A stretch of 64,000 bases of DNA, from NCBI RefSeq assembly GCF_006345805.1, contig NC_043007.1:44516001-44580000 (forward strand), read 5' to 3'. The number at the start of each line of letters is the position of its first letter. The stretch's first letter is position 1. Position numbers and translations under genes: made by a program. The notes beneath the pieces are model-generated. The model did no database searches. It was not told the DNA's origin and worked only from the letters and a program-made list of their open reading frames with translations. Source of the stretch: Octopus sinensis (taxonomy: Eukaryota). Shown in pieces: positions 1 to 12,260 of this stretch.

Positions 1-128
1 GTACAAGGCCTGAAATTTTAAAGGAAGAGAGGGGTTACTCAGTCAGTTTGACCCTGGAAGGACGAAAAGCAGAGTCGATCTTGGACGAATTTGAACTCAG
101 AACTTAAAGACAGACAAACTGCCAGCAT
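1..128 (-). mobile_element. Decayed tRNA-derived SINE (family A), partial
   Basis: Reverse complement resembles the copy at 4154-4381 (gctggcag head, ttctgagttcaaattc B-box region, cttttcgtccttcc core) with the alternative aaaatttcaggccttgtac tail. Confidence 0.7.
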
Positions 129-209
129 TTCAGCTGATATACCCTCCAGCCATCTTCAGGTGTCTTGGGGAAATTTCGAACCTGGATTCCCATTCCTAAG
201 ATTGGAAGT

Positions 210-252
210 CCACCTGAAGATTGTCGATCAGGACAAGAAACAATTGTAGTGG
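210..252 (+). ncRNA. Minimal type-I hammerhead ribozyme (Penelope type)
   Basis: ccac-CTGAAGA-ttgtc(gatcag)gacaa-GAAA-caattg-TA-gtgg: canonical core, perfect 5-bp stem II, palindromic stem III, GUA cleavage triplet, 4-bp stem I. Confidence 0.75.
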
Positions 253-689
253 CGGTTTTTTTGACTTTTTATTAAAATTTTATGTATTGATTAAGTCTTT
301 CCTTGTTTGTTTTGCAAAATAGTGGTTTTGTCTCTAATAATATTATATAATATTTTACTATAAAATTGGATTTAATCCTAAATCTGAGTTTTTCCCTGTA
401 AATTTGGATTTATTCCCTAATATTTATTATATATATATATATATATATATGTCACACAACACATCACATCACACCACCACGCATATACTAGCACTGATCA
501 CTTCCCAGCCCCACATTTTCACACCTACACATACACACATGCACACATGAAGGTCACCAGCCCTCTTCCACATGCACATACATACACTCTTATACACATG
601 CACGCGCACCTTCGTTTTGGGATCACCACTACTTTATTATCTCCCCTTCTTCCTAGCTCTCCTGTGTGACCCTTCTGTCTGGCATTCGC

Positions 690-878
690 CATGATAGATC
701 GCTAGCCACTACACATTCTTTATTTTCACTCCTTGTTTCTTTCTGTGTTCCTTTCTGTGGAAGAGCGTAGGCTCGAAACATTAAAGACTTTTTTCACTTC
801 CCAAGCGTTAAACTAATACATCTGTTTGTTGTCTACACCACCTGTCTTCATTTTTTGTTTTTTGTGAATTCTCCCCTA
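690..878 (+). mobile_element. Short Penelope pLTR-like fragment with degenerate hammerhead motif
   Basis: ggaagagcgtaggctcGAAAC at 759-779 (stem gagc/gctc), T-rich tail running into (TA)n. Confidence 0.4.
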
Positions 879-880
879 TA

Positions 881-936
<56 letters not shown>

Positions 937-1662
937 CAGTGCCCCAGCATGGCCACAGTCTAATCACTGAAACAAGTAAAATATGTAGAAGGTACCTGTG
1001 TGCATGTATGTCTGTGAGAAGGAAGGATTTGGAAGAAGTAGGGTGGTGGTTAATTGTAGGAGTTGTCTATCATGGTCAACAATCCATGTAGCATTATGAA
1101 TTACTTAGGTATGTAAAGAATGTGAGTAGGGAGTAAATGAAATAGTTGTGTTAGGGATGGGACAAGAAGAAAACTTGACCTGTGGGTGAATGTGTAACGG
1201 CTATCTATCTATCTATACACTCATACATATATACGTACATACATACATACATACATACATACATACATACATACATACATCATGAATGCATACATATACA
1301 TACACAATAAATTACTTGTTCTCAAACCTTAGAAGGCTTCTATTAAATTAATGTCATCAGTGAGATGAGAAAAGATTTACTAACAAAATAATCTTCTGTT
1401 CTATTTATGAGTGTGTGTATGCATGTGTGTGTGAGTGTATGTATGTATGTATGTATTAAAAATTCTTGTTTGTAAAGAGACTAAATCACTGTAGGTGGCC
1501 AAGACAATGGAGTGCCAAGTAGAATATATTAAAGTTTAAAGTTGAGATAAGATAAGAACATTCCTAATTTACCCAGCAACATTCTTTATATATTTGATGA
1601 ATGCGAATATACATAATTTATAATATTATTTGTAATGTATATGACATCTGAGACCATATAGT

Positions 1663-1970
1663 GAAGGCGCATGGCTCAGTGGTTAGAGTGTCGAGCTTAT
1701 GATAGTGAGGTTGTGAGCTCGAATCCCGGACCGGGCTGCATGTTGTGTTCTTGAGCAAGACACTTTATTTCATGTTGCTCTAGTTCACTCAGCTGTAGAA
1801 ATGAGTTGTGACATCACAGGTGCCAAGCTGTATCAGCCTTTGCCTTTCCCTTGGATAACACTGGTGGCATGGAGAGAGGAGGCTAAACAACCTAGCCTGA
1901 ACTTGTACCTGGGAGGGCAACTTTCTAGGTGCAATCCCATGGTCTGTGTTGTGTCCGAAGGGGGTCTCAG
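1663..1970 (+). mobile_element. tRNA-derived SINE (family B head, 3' module 1)
   Basis: A box tggctcagtgg, B-box-like gctcgaatcc, then tgtgttcttgagcaagacactttatttca shared with 17592 and 30825. Confidence 0.8.
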
Positions 1971-2204
1971 ACTCAGAGTATATGACAATGTGTAACATAT
2001 GTGAATTTATGTATTGTAATATAAAAAATAATTTACTCACCTGCCAGCTTTCTACATACATTTATTATATATGGCCATCAGTTCAAATATTTCTGCTTCT
2101 ACTCTCATGGGGTACTTGCTCCTGACCAAAATTACCTGATCCTGTTTGTCCTGTAAACTTTGCAAATTTCAATAATGTTTTATACCATGAAAGGACATAA
2201 ATAT

Positions 2205-2460
2205 ATCATCATCATTGTCATCGTCATCGTCATCATCATTGTCATCATCTTAATACCTACATTTCCATGCTTGTATAGGTGAGACAGATTATTGGGGTAG
2301 ATTTTCTATGGCTTGATGTTCTTCCTGTCACCAACTCTCACCTGTTTTTAAGCAAGGTAATATTTTCCCATAGTTAGACATATTTTTTTTGCAAAATATT
2401 GGAAATGAATAATGATTGCTTGTATGACAGTGACACGCATTTACAACTATCACATTATGT
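2205..2460 (-). mobile_element. Old RTE 3' tail remnant
   Basis: (tca)n tail followed by tttccatgcttg and gatgttcttcctgtcaccaac, a decayed reverse complement of the RTE tail motif. Confidence 0.55.
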
Positions 2461-2549
2461 CAACACAAACACACATACATATACACATGTATATATATAT
2501 ATATGCCTACACATACACATACACACATACATACATATTTAAATATATA

Positions 2550-2705
2550 TATATGGAGTTCCTTCTGTTGCTGTCTACCAATCCACTCACAAGCTTTTGA
2601 TAGTCCCTGGGCTAGAGTAAAAGATACTTGCCTAGGGTGCCATGCAGTGGACTGAACTTGAAATCGTGGTTTGGAAACAAACTTCTTAACCACACTGCCA
2701 AACCT
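2550..2705 (-). mobile_element. SINE family C, 5' half
   Basis: Reverse complement matches the head of 57396-57800 (gttcagtccactgcatggcaccctaggcaagt...gtgagtggatttggtagac). Confidence 0.75.
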
Positions 2706-2819
2706 ATACCTATCCATCCGTCCATCTGTCCGTCCGTCCATCTGTCCATCCGTCCATCTGTACGTATGTACGCATGTACGTACATACATACATACATACA
2801 TACTTACATACATATATGA

Positions 2820-3270
2820 TGGTTGGCAACTAGATTTCAAGTAGAGCCATTGCTTGATTTCTTTATGCCCTAGAATATCATCGATGAGGTGCACGAATAT
2901 GGCTTTTGGGGCCTGCCAAAATCTTGCATGCTCTTTGACAATTAGTGCAAGAAAACTTGGTGATTCTATAGTTTACAGCTCCATGAACTTTGCTATGTCT
3001 TTTCAAACCACTTTTTGATCTGCATTCTTTATGACAGAGTATGCATTCGAAATCATCTGTCCATCTGTAATCAATGTGCGGTTGTGCAATGTGTCATTTC
3101 ATATGGCTCTTTAGCCCAGCCTTGCTAAGACAAATCTTTCCATATTCATCACATGTAAGATCATCACGTTCATAAATGCTTGTCACAACATCATTCCTGT
3201 CAATTCTTCTCATCTTTCTTTTGATCTTTGTATGTTCCTTTCTCTTCCTTTCAAATTCATTTTTGCCTTC
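2820..3270 (-). mobile_element. RTE/BovB-like LINE 3' remnant
   Basis: ORF 3094-3276 ends TCDEYGKICLSKAGLKSHMK, resembling the C-terminal C2H2-like motif of RTE ORFs. Confidence 0.5.
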
Positions 3271-3868
3271 ATACACAACTTTTTTCCATTTTTCTCAGCA
3301 ATATGCTAAATCTTCCCAGTTGTCAATTGGAACACTTATCTTATTCAATCCCAACTTCAGACAATCTTTGTACCTCATACATACATAAAGAAGTTTATCA
3401 TTTAAATATATGAGCATGTATAGTTATGCAACTATATGCATGAGAATACATACATAAAATAAAACATACAAATCTGCACATATACATCCATACATACATG
3501 CATACATATGAACAAAAATACCCTGTTGTTGATGTTGAAATTCCAATGAAAGAGTCTTGGTTCTAGGTTAGAAACTGGCTCTTTCTCCATTGGCAAGGAA
3601 TCTTGAAATAAAACTGAATAATGTCATACATACAGTATGTAGGTAGGGTAATAATTCAAGCTGTATTCTCATGAAGCACATCTGCAAATTCCAGATTGCC
3701 AAAGTATATTTGTAGATGTTATATTTTATGAAAGTTGAAAATATTAGTGAATATTGTTAAATACTGAAAAATGTTTATTGCAGAGTAATTACATATCAAA
3801 AAAAGAAATCTAGAAAAAATTTGGTATTGTTTATACTGCATTACATATGTTTCATTATTAACAAGAGT

Positions 3869-4125
<257 letters not shown>

Positions 4126-4153
4126 ATATATATCTGTGTATATATATCTCAAG

Positions 4154-4381
4154 TGGTGAGCTGGCAGAAACATTAGCACGCCGGGTGAAATGCTTTGTGG
4201 TATTTCGTCTGCCGCTGCGTTTTGAGTTCAAATTCCGCCGAGGTCGACTTTGCCTTTCATCCTTTCGGGGTCGATAAATAAGTACCAGTTACGCACTGGG
4301 GTCGATGTAATCGACTTAATACCTTTGTCTGTCCTTGTTTGTCCCTTCTGTGTTTAGCCCCTTGTGGGCAATAAAGAAATA
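4154..4381 (+). mobile_element. tRNA-derived SINE (family A), well preserved, with Tx1-like tail
   Basis: gagctggcagaa A-box region, gagttcaaattcc B box, central gcctttcatcctttcggggtcgataaa domain, tail ttgtgggcaataaagaaataa; CpGs retained. Confidence 0.85.
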
Positions 4382-4467
4382 ATATATATCTGTGCATCTG
4401 TCTGTCTATCTATCTGTCTATCTGTCTGTCTGTCTGTCTGCCTGTCTGTATGTATCTCTCTTCCCCC

Positions 4468-4564
<97 letters not shown>

Positions 4565-4570
4565 TATACA

Positions 4571-5652
4571 GGTGTGGTCGTGTTTTCTCAGACGCGACTT
4601 TCCGCAACTCGTCTCTCTGACAGAGCTGCAGACCTGGATCAAACGTAGACCGAGAAAGGGCACTTGGCATCTCGAGTGCCGTCAAGCTCTCTCCGCCCTC
4701 CGCCAGGCGGGCAATGTGATCAGTTTTAGTTCCACTCTAGCGTTCTATTGAGGGTTAGTGGAGGAAAAATGCGATGACGTTCTCGGGGAAACTCTAGGTG
4801 TTGATGATAACAAACTGAGTGGTCTGTTTGGAAGAACTTTCGGGCCAGGGCCAATGGATAATTTCCAAAGGTCCCTCACCTGGCAGTGCTACCGAGGAGC
4901 TCTGCCTGTTCAAGATAAACTCTACCGGCACGGAAGTGCTGTCAGCTGGGCCTGCCCGAGGTGTTGCCAGTACGACGAAACCGTTCTGCATGCACTCGTC
5001 CAGTGCCCAAGTATTGCTGAAATATGGGTTTATGTCGAACAGCTACTGTCACATATAGGACGGACCTGGCTATCAGCTGAATCCATAGTGAAGATTGCCC
5101 TGCCGACCTCCCTTAACAAGGAGGGCAAGGCCGTTTTCCTGTGCCTAGTGGCTGTGGCGAAAGAGGTTGTATGGTGGACCCGTTTGAAAGGGCTAAAGTC
5201 AGACACTTTCCTCTTTGGGCAAGGCTTCATCAACTTTTTCAAGTTTCACTTGAAAAGAAAGATGAGGTTAGAGAGGAGTGTGCTGTCTGATAGCAAGTTT
5301 TCTGAAAGGTGGGTGAATTGTGCAAGAATGGCCAGTGTAAATGGACCAATTGTAAGGTTTCGCCTGTAACTGAAAAAGGTATTATAAAAGGAGAAAGGGG
5401 CTCTCTACCCCCATTTTAACCAGGCTCCCGTGGCTTTTATGGGTTTTTCCACATGAGACCTTTTCTTTTTTCGAAGCATCTCCTCTATTGGGAATTTTGT
5501 AAATTGTTGAATTTTTTCGTTGTTGTAAAACTTGTTTACACGGACTTTTTTCTTTCAAAAAACGGACAAAACCTTTTGTAACCTTTCGTCCTGTTTTGTC
5601 CCTTTATGTTTTCCAATCATGTATATCAGCCTTTGTGGCCAATAAAAAGAAT
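4571..5652 (+). mobile_element. 5'-truncated L1/Tx1-clade LINE (ORF2 C-terminus and 3' UTR)
   Basis: ORF 4758-5369 has the RT-associated zinc-binding motif LTWQCYRGALPV...CPRC..DETVLHALVQCP; T-rich 3' UTR ending aataaaaag at a (TTA)n tract. Confidence 0.8.
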
Positions 5653-5709
5653 TAATTATTATTATTATTATTATTATCGTGCATGTGATAATAATAATAA
5701 TAATAATAA

Positions 5710-5748
<39 letters not shown>

Positions 5749-6220
5749 TAATTCTTTTTATTGACCACAAGGGCACTATTCCGTGATGATAAGATCAACA
5801 AAAAAAGTACTCCATCTGGAGAGATAAATATTTAATAAACACAGTATATATCTTTATGGGTTACTAATAGTTTCATGTGATTAAAACAACTCAGACAGCT
5901 TTCATGCAATTCTCAGACTCTGCCCACATGGACATAACATACTAAAGTGAGATGATGGAATGAGAAAATATGAGTAATGGTGAGAAGAAAGCAGATGTAA
6001 AAAGTGGAAGGTTGAAAACACAGGAAAACGAAAAGAAGAAAAGAAAAAAGGACAAAGGGAGAATCAGAGTTATGTCTCCTTCCACTGTAAAATCATAAGA
6101 CTGAATGGACAGGGGCCTAGAGTTTGTGGTATAACTGCTCAATCTGGAGAGGGTTGTGTTTTCCAATTTGTAAATAGGAACTTATTCATATGTTTACATC
6201 TGCTAAAAATTTCAGATATA

Positions 6221-7114
6221 TGAAATCTGATCAGTAAGTATCTGGACTGTTGTCATAGTAATGAAGCTAAAGCACACAGAGTGAAGCCGCTTGGAAAAGA
6301 TTGACCTTGAAATCTGCTGTGCATGTGCACCAAGTTTTAATAATTCTAGCTTACTTCTGCTGTTTACAGTAGTGCTTAGAAAGAATGTGTGTAGCATGTG
6401 ATTATCACATTGACCATGACAGAGAAAACTGTCATGGTGACACCTGCTCAGAGGCCTATGCAAAGTTGCAGAAAGTATATGGAGAGGAGTGTATGAGCTG
6501 CACACAAGTGTATGAGTGGTTCAGACGTTTTCAAGATGGCTGAAAATAAGTCGATATTGACAAACGTCCTGGGAAACCTGCAACCAGCAGAATTGAGAAA
6601 AACATCACAGATGTGTGTGTAGCTGTGAGAGTAAGTTGTCAAATCACCATCTGTGGGCTATCAGAGAATGTGCAAATTAGTTACGGATCAGTTCAGGTTC
6701 AGTCCATTATCACTGAAGATTTGGGTATGAGATGCGTGTCTGTCAAATGTGTACCAAAACTGTTTTCAGCTGACCAAAATGACACCTGGGTTTCAGTTGC
6801 ACAAGATCTCCTTGATTGTGTTCAGAACAATGAAAGCTCTTTGAAAACTTTGCATAGGCCTCTGAACAGGTATCACCAAGCTTTTGGCAAAATTTGATGC
6901 AGATTCTCTGCTCAACTTTCTCTATCATGGTCAATATGACCATCACACACTACACATGTTCCCTCCAATCACTGCTGTAAAGACTGGAAGTGTGTTAAAA
7001 CTTAGTGCATATGCACAGCAGAATTCAAGATCAGTCTGTGTCAAGCAGATTTTTTCAGCATGCTTTAGCTTTGTTTCTATGGCAATAGTCTGGATACTTA
7101 TTGATCAGACCACG
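6221..7114 (+). mobile_element. Mariner-derived foldback element (5' end duplicated as inverted right arm)
   Basis: TA-flanked TIRs tgaaatctgatcagtaagtatctggact / agtctggatacttattgatcagaccacg; about 250-bp inverted arms; mariner N-terminal peptides EQRICIKFCQKLG (minus) and VYEWFRRF...KCVPKLFS (plus, WVPxxL-like). Confidence 0.8.
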
Positions 7115-7174
7115 TATACTGTTTATTAAATAACACGCGCACACACACACACACTCACATCTCTATACATCAAT

Positions 7175-7682
7175 ATATATATGAAAGAAAGTTTGAAAAT
7201 GCAATTTTAAAGATGTTTATTTACTTGACCGGTTTCACTTTTTTAGAAAAAGATTGTCAAAAGTAAAATGTAAAGCTTTGTAAAAGCTTTGTCATGTTAA
7301 GTACTAGTTGTCACAAAAGTATTAAAATACATATATATATTCTTTGATAATAATAATGAAATATTAAAAACAGTTAACAAGTAATATCTGAGAAAATATT
7401 AAACAAAAAGTATTAGGAGTTCAATAAAAATACTAGGAGTTCAATAAAAATCATGTTTGGTAGTATATATATACACAGAAGGTGATATATTTAGGAGTTT
7501 ACAAAGAATTTGAGATGAACTTACCTGTTTTAGCATTTTTTATTTTGTGTGAAGCTAAGGGTTTTTGCTATTTTAAGGTACAGTGTGGGAGAGGAAGATC
7601 AATGTGGAATTGAAAGGATTTTTTTTGTTTCTGGGCTAGTCTGTCATGGTTCCGTGGTTTTTGGGACTGGTCTTAGAGGTCA
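7175..7682 (-). mobile_element. Penelope pLTR-like unit with U3-A8 hammerhead
   Basis: Minus strand actt-TTGACAA-tcttttt...aaaaagt-GAAA-ccgg-TC-aagt at 7223-7264; same family as 18380-18685 and 21618-21770; TA-repeat flanks. Confidence 0.6.
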
Positions 7683-8097
7683 ATATATATATATATATAG
7701 ATAAATAGATTGATGGAAGTATGGTTCTACTGAGGTGTCATTAATAAGAATTCAGTTGGTTGAATTTCCTGAAAATTAAGTCAGTGTGTACGTAGGTGAG
7801 TATTCCACTGTCACATGTAATCTTAGCATAATTAGTGTGACACAGTGTGACATACAAGACTGTGCTTTTGAATTCCATCTGGTACAACCCACTTGAAGGG
7901 CTCCTCTGCACTTTCTGTCTCATAAATTTCCCTCATAAGACATGGGTTGATCTGAGGCTATAGAAAATAACCTTTGACCAAGACCTCATGCAGTGAGATT
8001 GAATCTGATACCTCATAGCTGTGAAGTGAACTTTTAATAATTTGGCCACACTGCACCTATACACACACACATACACACACACACACACACATACACA

Positions 8098-8138
<41 letters not shown>

Positions 8139-8486
8139 TATAAACAATACAAAAACACTTATGTATAATGTTTTAGATGTGGCCTTTCTTAGAGGTGGGT
8201 GTAGAACTCTTTTTAAGTATTTTTTACCGATACTAGTTTCTTTGAATTCTAATTTTCTTTTCTTCTACAGTGCTTAGATAAAAAGCAAACAAAATAAAGT
8301 TTCTACTCTTATGTCATGGTTGGGTGGTCAAAAGTATGAAGAGCATCCAAGTGTAAATTAACAATTGCTTCAACAAATACCCCTGTCATTTCATGTGTGC
8401 TCATGCAGGACAGAAAAATATGAAGCTCTATATATTTATATATATATATATATATGTATGTATAAATATATATATATGTATGTATA

Positions 8487-8549
<63 letters not shown>

Positions 8550-8841
8550 ATGTATATACATATATATAATATAAATAATATATAAATATATGTATATATG
8601 CATACATATATGTACATACCTACATATATATGTATATATACATGCATATATGGGTACAGGACATCAAAAAGACGTTGAACACAAGGAGAACCAAAAACAT
8701 AAAAGCAAAAACATAGAAAGAAACTTTTTTTCAAATAACGATAAAAAAAACAGAGAATGAGACATACAACATAAAGAAATTCCCCTTCTTCAGTTGTCCC
8801 TGTTTCATCTACTATGTGTTTCGAAGGTAAGGACATATATA

Positions 8842-9015
8842 TAAAGCACCACTACACTCATGGAGTAGTTGGCATTAGGAAGGGCATCCAGCTGTAGAAA
8901 CACTGCCAGATCAGACTGGAGCCTGGTGCAGCCGCCTGGCTTCCAAGACCCCGGTCGAACCGTCTAACCCATGCTAGCATGGAAAACGGACATTAAACGA
9001 TGATGATGATAATGA
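8842..9015 (+). mobile_element. RTE 3' tail (severely truncated copy)
   Basis: gttggcattaggaagggcatccagctgtagaaac...cccatgctagcatggaaa...(gat)n, matching the end of 18686-21617. Confidence 0.85.
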
Positions 9016-9084
9016 TATATATATGTGTGTGTGTGTGTGGAAGGTAAGGATATATATATATATATGCATCACATATTTATAATA

Positions 9085-9133
<49 letters not shown>

Positions 9134-9137
9134 CACA

Positions 9138-9790
9138 CAGAGGTTGCAATGGGTAAATTGTTGCCATTTTATAGTTTAATTTCACGTATGTGCATTGTTT
9201 GTTTTTGATTTTGTTGACCACATAGTATAGTAGGGTCATTGGGCACTGTGTGTGAGAAAAACAGCCCCATGACACAATCCTCTTTGCCAGAAATTTTGAA
9301 ACAACATGCTGTACTGCTTGGCTTTTGCTTTGGAAGCTTCAATAAGAACATTTCAGAGTATTTGGGTGTCAATCTGAGGACATGTACCAAGAGTGATAAA
9401 AATCAAACACCCAGTCAACACCATGGTATTTGGAGTGATCACTAGTGATGGTGATGTTATACCTCCATTCATCTTCCCACATGGCCCCAGACTCCCCATG
9501 GAGGCCTTCATCAAGTGCCTGGAGGAGGTAGTGCTGCCCTGGGTCAAGAGGGTGGCTGCTGGTAGACCCTATGTCTGGCAATAGGACTCTGCACCATGCC
9601 ACAAAAGCAAGAGAACACAGTCATGGCTGCCAGACAATTTCTGCAACTACATCACCCTTAACATCTAGCCACCTAACTCCTGAGACTGCAATCCACTTAA
9701 TTATTATGTGTGGGGCACAGTTGAGTGAGTGACCACCAAAACTTCTTGTAATACCGAGGATGAACTGGAGGCAAGAATTATAGCAGCATT
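9138..9790 (+). pseudogene. Tc1/mariner DD37D (maT-type) transposase remnant
   Basis: MVFGVITSDG...YVWQ*DSAPCH...PPNS*DCNPLNYYVWG; 37 residues between second and third catalytic positions; in-frame stops. Confidence 0.8.
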
Positions 9791-10429
9791 CTGTGCCTTT
9801 TTCTTCTTTTTATTTCCCTTTCTTCTATTTATGTGTGTGTGTATGTGTATCTATATGTATATATGTACACACACACACACATATATATACATATGTACAT
9901 ACATAGATGCACACATCTGTGCATGCATACATAAATAAGATATACACATACACACACACACATACATACTCACACATAGATACAAACACATGCATAGATA
10001 CACACACATACATGCAGGGCACACATGTACATTCATGTTGGGATTCTACACAGTTTGAGTTCACCAATTTCCTGCACATGGCTAAAGCTACAGAAGAAGA
10101 TACTTGCTCAAAATATTTTGCTGTGGAACTGAACCTGGAAACACTGGTTGCAAAATGAACTTCATAACAACATTCCACTCTGTTCTGATGAACTGTTATC
10201 ACTTTGGGTTGCTCTGTACATCCATTTAAGCAATATTCTTTTTGCTTACTTCATACAGTTTTGACTACCAAATCAATGATCTAGTAATGTTAATTCCTTT
10301 TACATTCTTCAGATTCACTTTGCTTCATCTTAGGTCATTTAAAATTCATTTTTAATCAATTTTGTTTTATATTATCTTCACTTTTCAGTCCATTTCATTT
10401 CCAGTCCATTTCAAAAATCAATTTTCATT

Positions 10430-10725
10430 CCTTTGAAAATTTTATGAATTTATATTTCTATATATCTTTATAAATTTGTATTTTCTAAATTTATAGTTTA
10501 AGTTATATTTTATAAATTTTTATCTTAAAATTTTACAAATTCATATTTCTATATATCTTTATAAACTTATATTTTATAAATTTATATTTTAATTTATATT
10601 TAATAATTTTTATCTTAAATTTCTATGTTAAAAATTTTGTGAATTTATATTTTTATCTATTTTTATAGATCTATATGTTTTAAATTGATATTTTATGAAC
10701 TTAAAATTTTCCTTACATCTTTATT
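10430..10725. repeat. AT-rich degenerate tandem repeat (ttttataaatttatat-like units)
   Basis: Repeated tttataaatttatatt / atttctatatatctttataaa variants. Confidence 0.65.
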
Positions 10726-10794
10726 ACATATATTTTACAAATCTGAATGCGTATTTCCTGAGGTACCTGCTATAAAAATAAAAATAATAACAAT

Positions 10795-10992
10795 AATCCA
10801 CAAGGCCTGAAATTTGGGAGGAAATAAGTTGATTACATTGACCCCAGTACTCAACTGGTACTTATTTTATCGACCCTGAAAGAATGAAAGGCAGTTTTGA
10901 TCTCAGTGGAATTTTAACACAGAACGTGAAGACAAATGAAATACTGCTAAGCTTTTAGCTTGGCGTCCTAATGATTCTGCCAGCTCACTGTC

Positions 10993-11037
<45 letters not shown>

Positions 11038-11235
11038 GTTCTTGTTTCAAGTTTTGACTCAAAGCTAGTGATTGATTTCAGGCATCATCCTCAGTACTTG
11101 ACTGCTGCTTTTTTTTGTTGGCCCCAGAAGAATGAAAGTTGACAGTAGGATTTGAACTTATAATGCCAAGAGTTACAACAAATACTGCAAAGCATTTTTT
11201 TCTAGCTTTGATAATTCTGCCAATCCACTGCCTCT
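10795..11235 (-). mobile_element. Two tandem family A SINEs separated by (TAA)n
   Basis: Reverse complements of the family A head and core at 10795-10995 and 11040-11235. Confidence 0.7.
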
Positions 11236-11459
11236 GCCAATCCACTGTCCAAACAAAATAATAATAATGATAAATATATATACATATATATGTTTTATAT
11301 ATATATATATATAACCAGTTCCGTTTTTACTAATCATTACTAAGATACTATAAAATTGTAATATTTTCGCTAATTACTTATTCATGATTAGCAAAAGCAA
11401 AACCAGTTGACTAAGTAAATATTTTATCAGATAAAAAATATATATTTATTCTGTGCAGA

Positions 11460-12260
11460 GTAATGAGAAATGTGTCCCACATATGCAACCCTACAGAGCT
11501 AAAGAGACACATACAACATTTCGTTCACTGCATGCAGTTCTCAGGATACAGCCATAGAGAAAGGATCAGAGTAGATAAAGGAATCAGGAGGAAATTTGAA
11601 ACTATCATATGTAATGATAGGTGTGGGATTTTCCCACTCTATAGGAGTAAGTCATGGAACATCATTGAAAGGACTAAGAAGAAAATAGGGAAGGCCAACT
11701 CATAGTATGATAGCCACAAATACCAGAGTATCGTGTTTGTTGACACTTGGAGGCAAACTGGTATACCCCTTTAGAAGGGCCCTAGACAAACTTAAGTTAA
11801 GAATTAAGGTTGTAGAAAGTCCAGGTAACCCTAATCGGTAGAACCTATCCTTTTAGTGGAACCCCCTGTACTGACAGGAACTGTATTGTACTGTAAAGCT
11901 AGGAATCTAGTCTATAGTATAAGATGTACAGGGGGACAGTGCAGTAATCAGACAATGATGCACATAGGGGAGACAGCACGGAGCATAGGGGAGTGGATAA
12001 ATGAGCATTGGAGGGAACCAAAGGAAGAGAAGAGTTCATTGGTTCTGTACCAACACACAGAGCAGGAACATGGGGGGCTCACTCAACAACATAGAAGTTA
12101 AAATCTTGTCCACACATAGAACAGAAGCAACGCTTAGACAAGTTACGGAAGCTACACACATAATAGAAGATAAACCTAGCCTGAATAGAAAACTAGAATG
12201 GAACACTAGCACACACCCCCAACACACCACAACCTATGACAGAATAAGATCCCCATAAAC
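11460..12260 (+). pseudogene. Penelope-like element remnant (RT C-terminus and GIY-YIG endonuclease)
   Basis: MQFSGYS..., ARNLVYSIRC...MHIGETARSIGEWINEH and LRQVTEATHIIEDKPSLNRKLEW; frameshifted; degenerate hammerhead (CTGATGA ggtca...tggct GAAA) downstream at 12584-12626. Confidence 0.8.
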
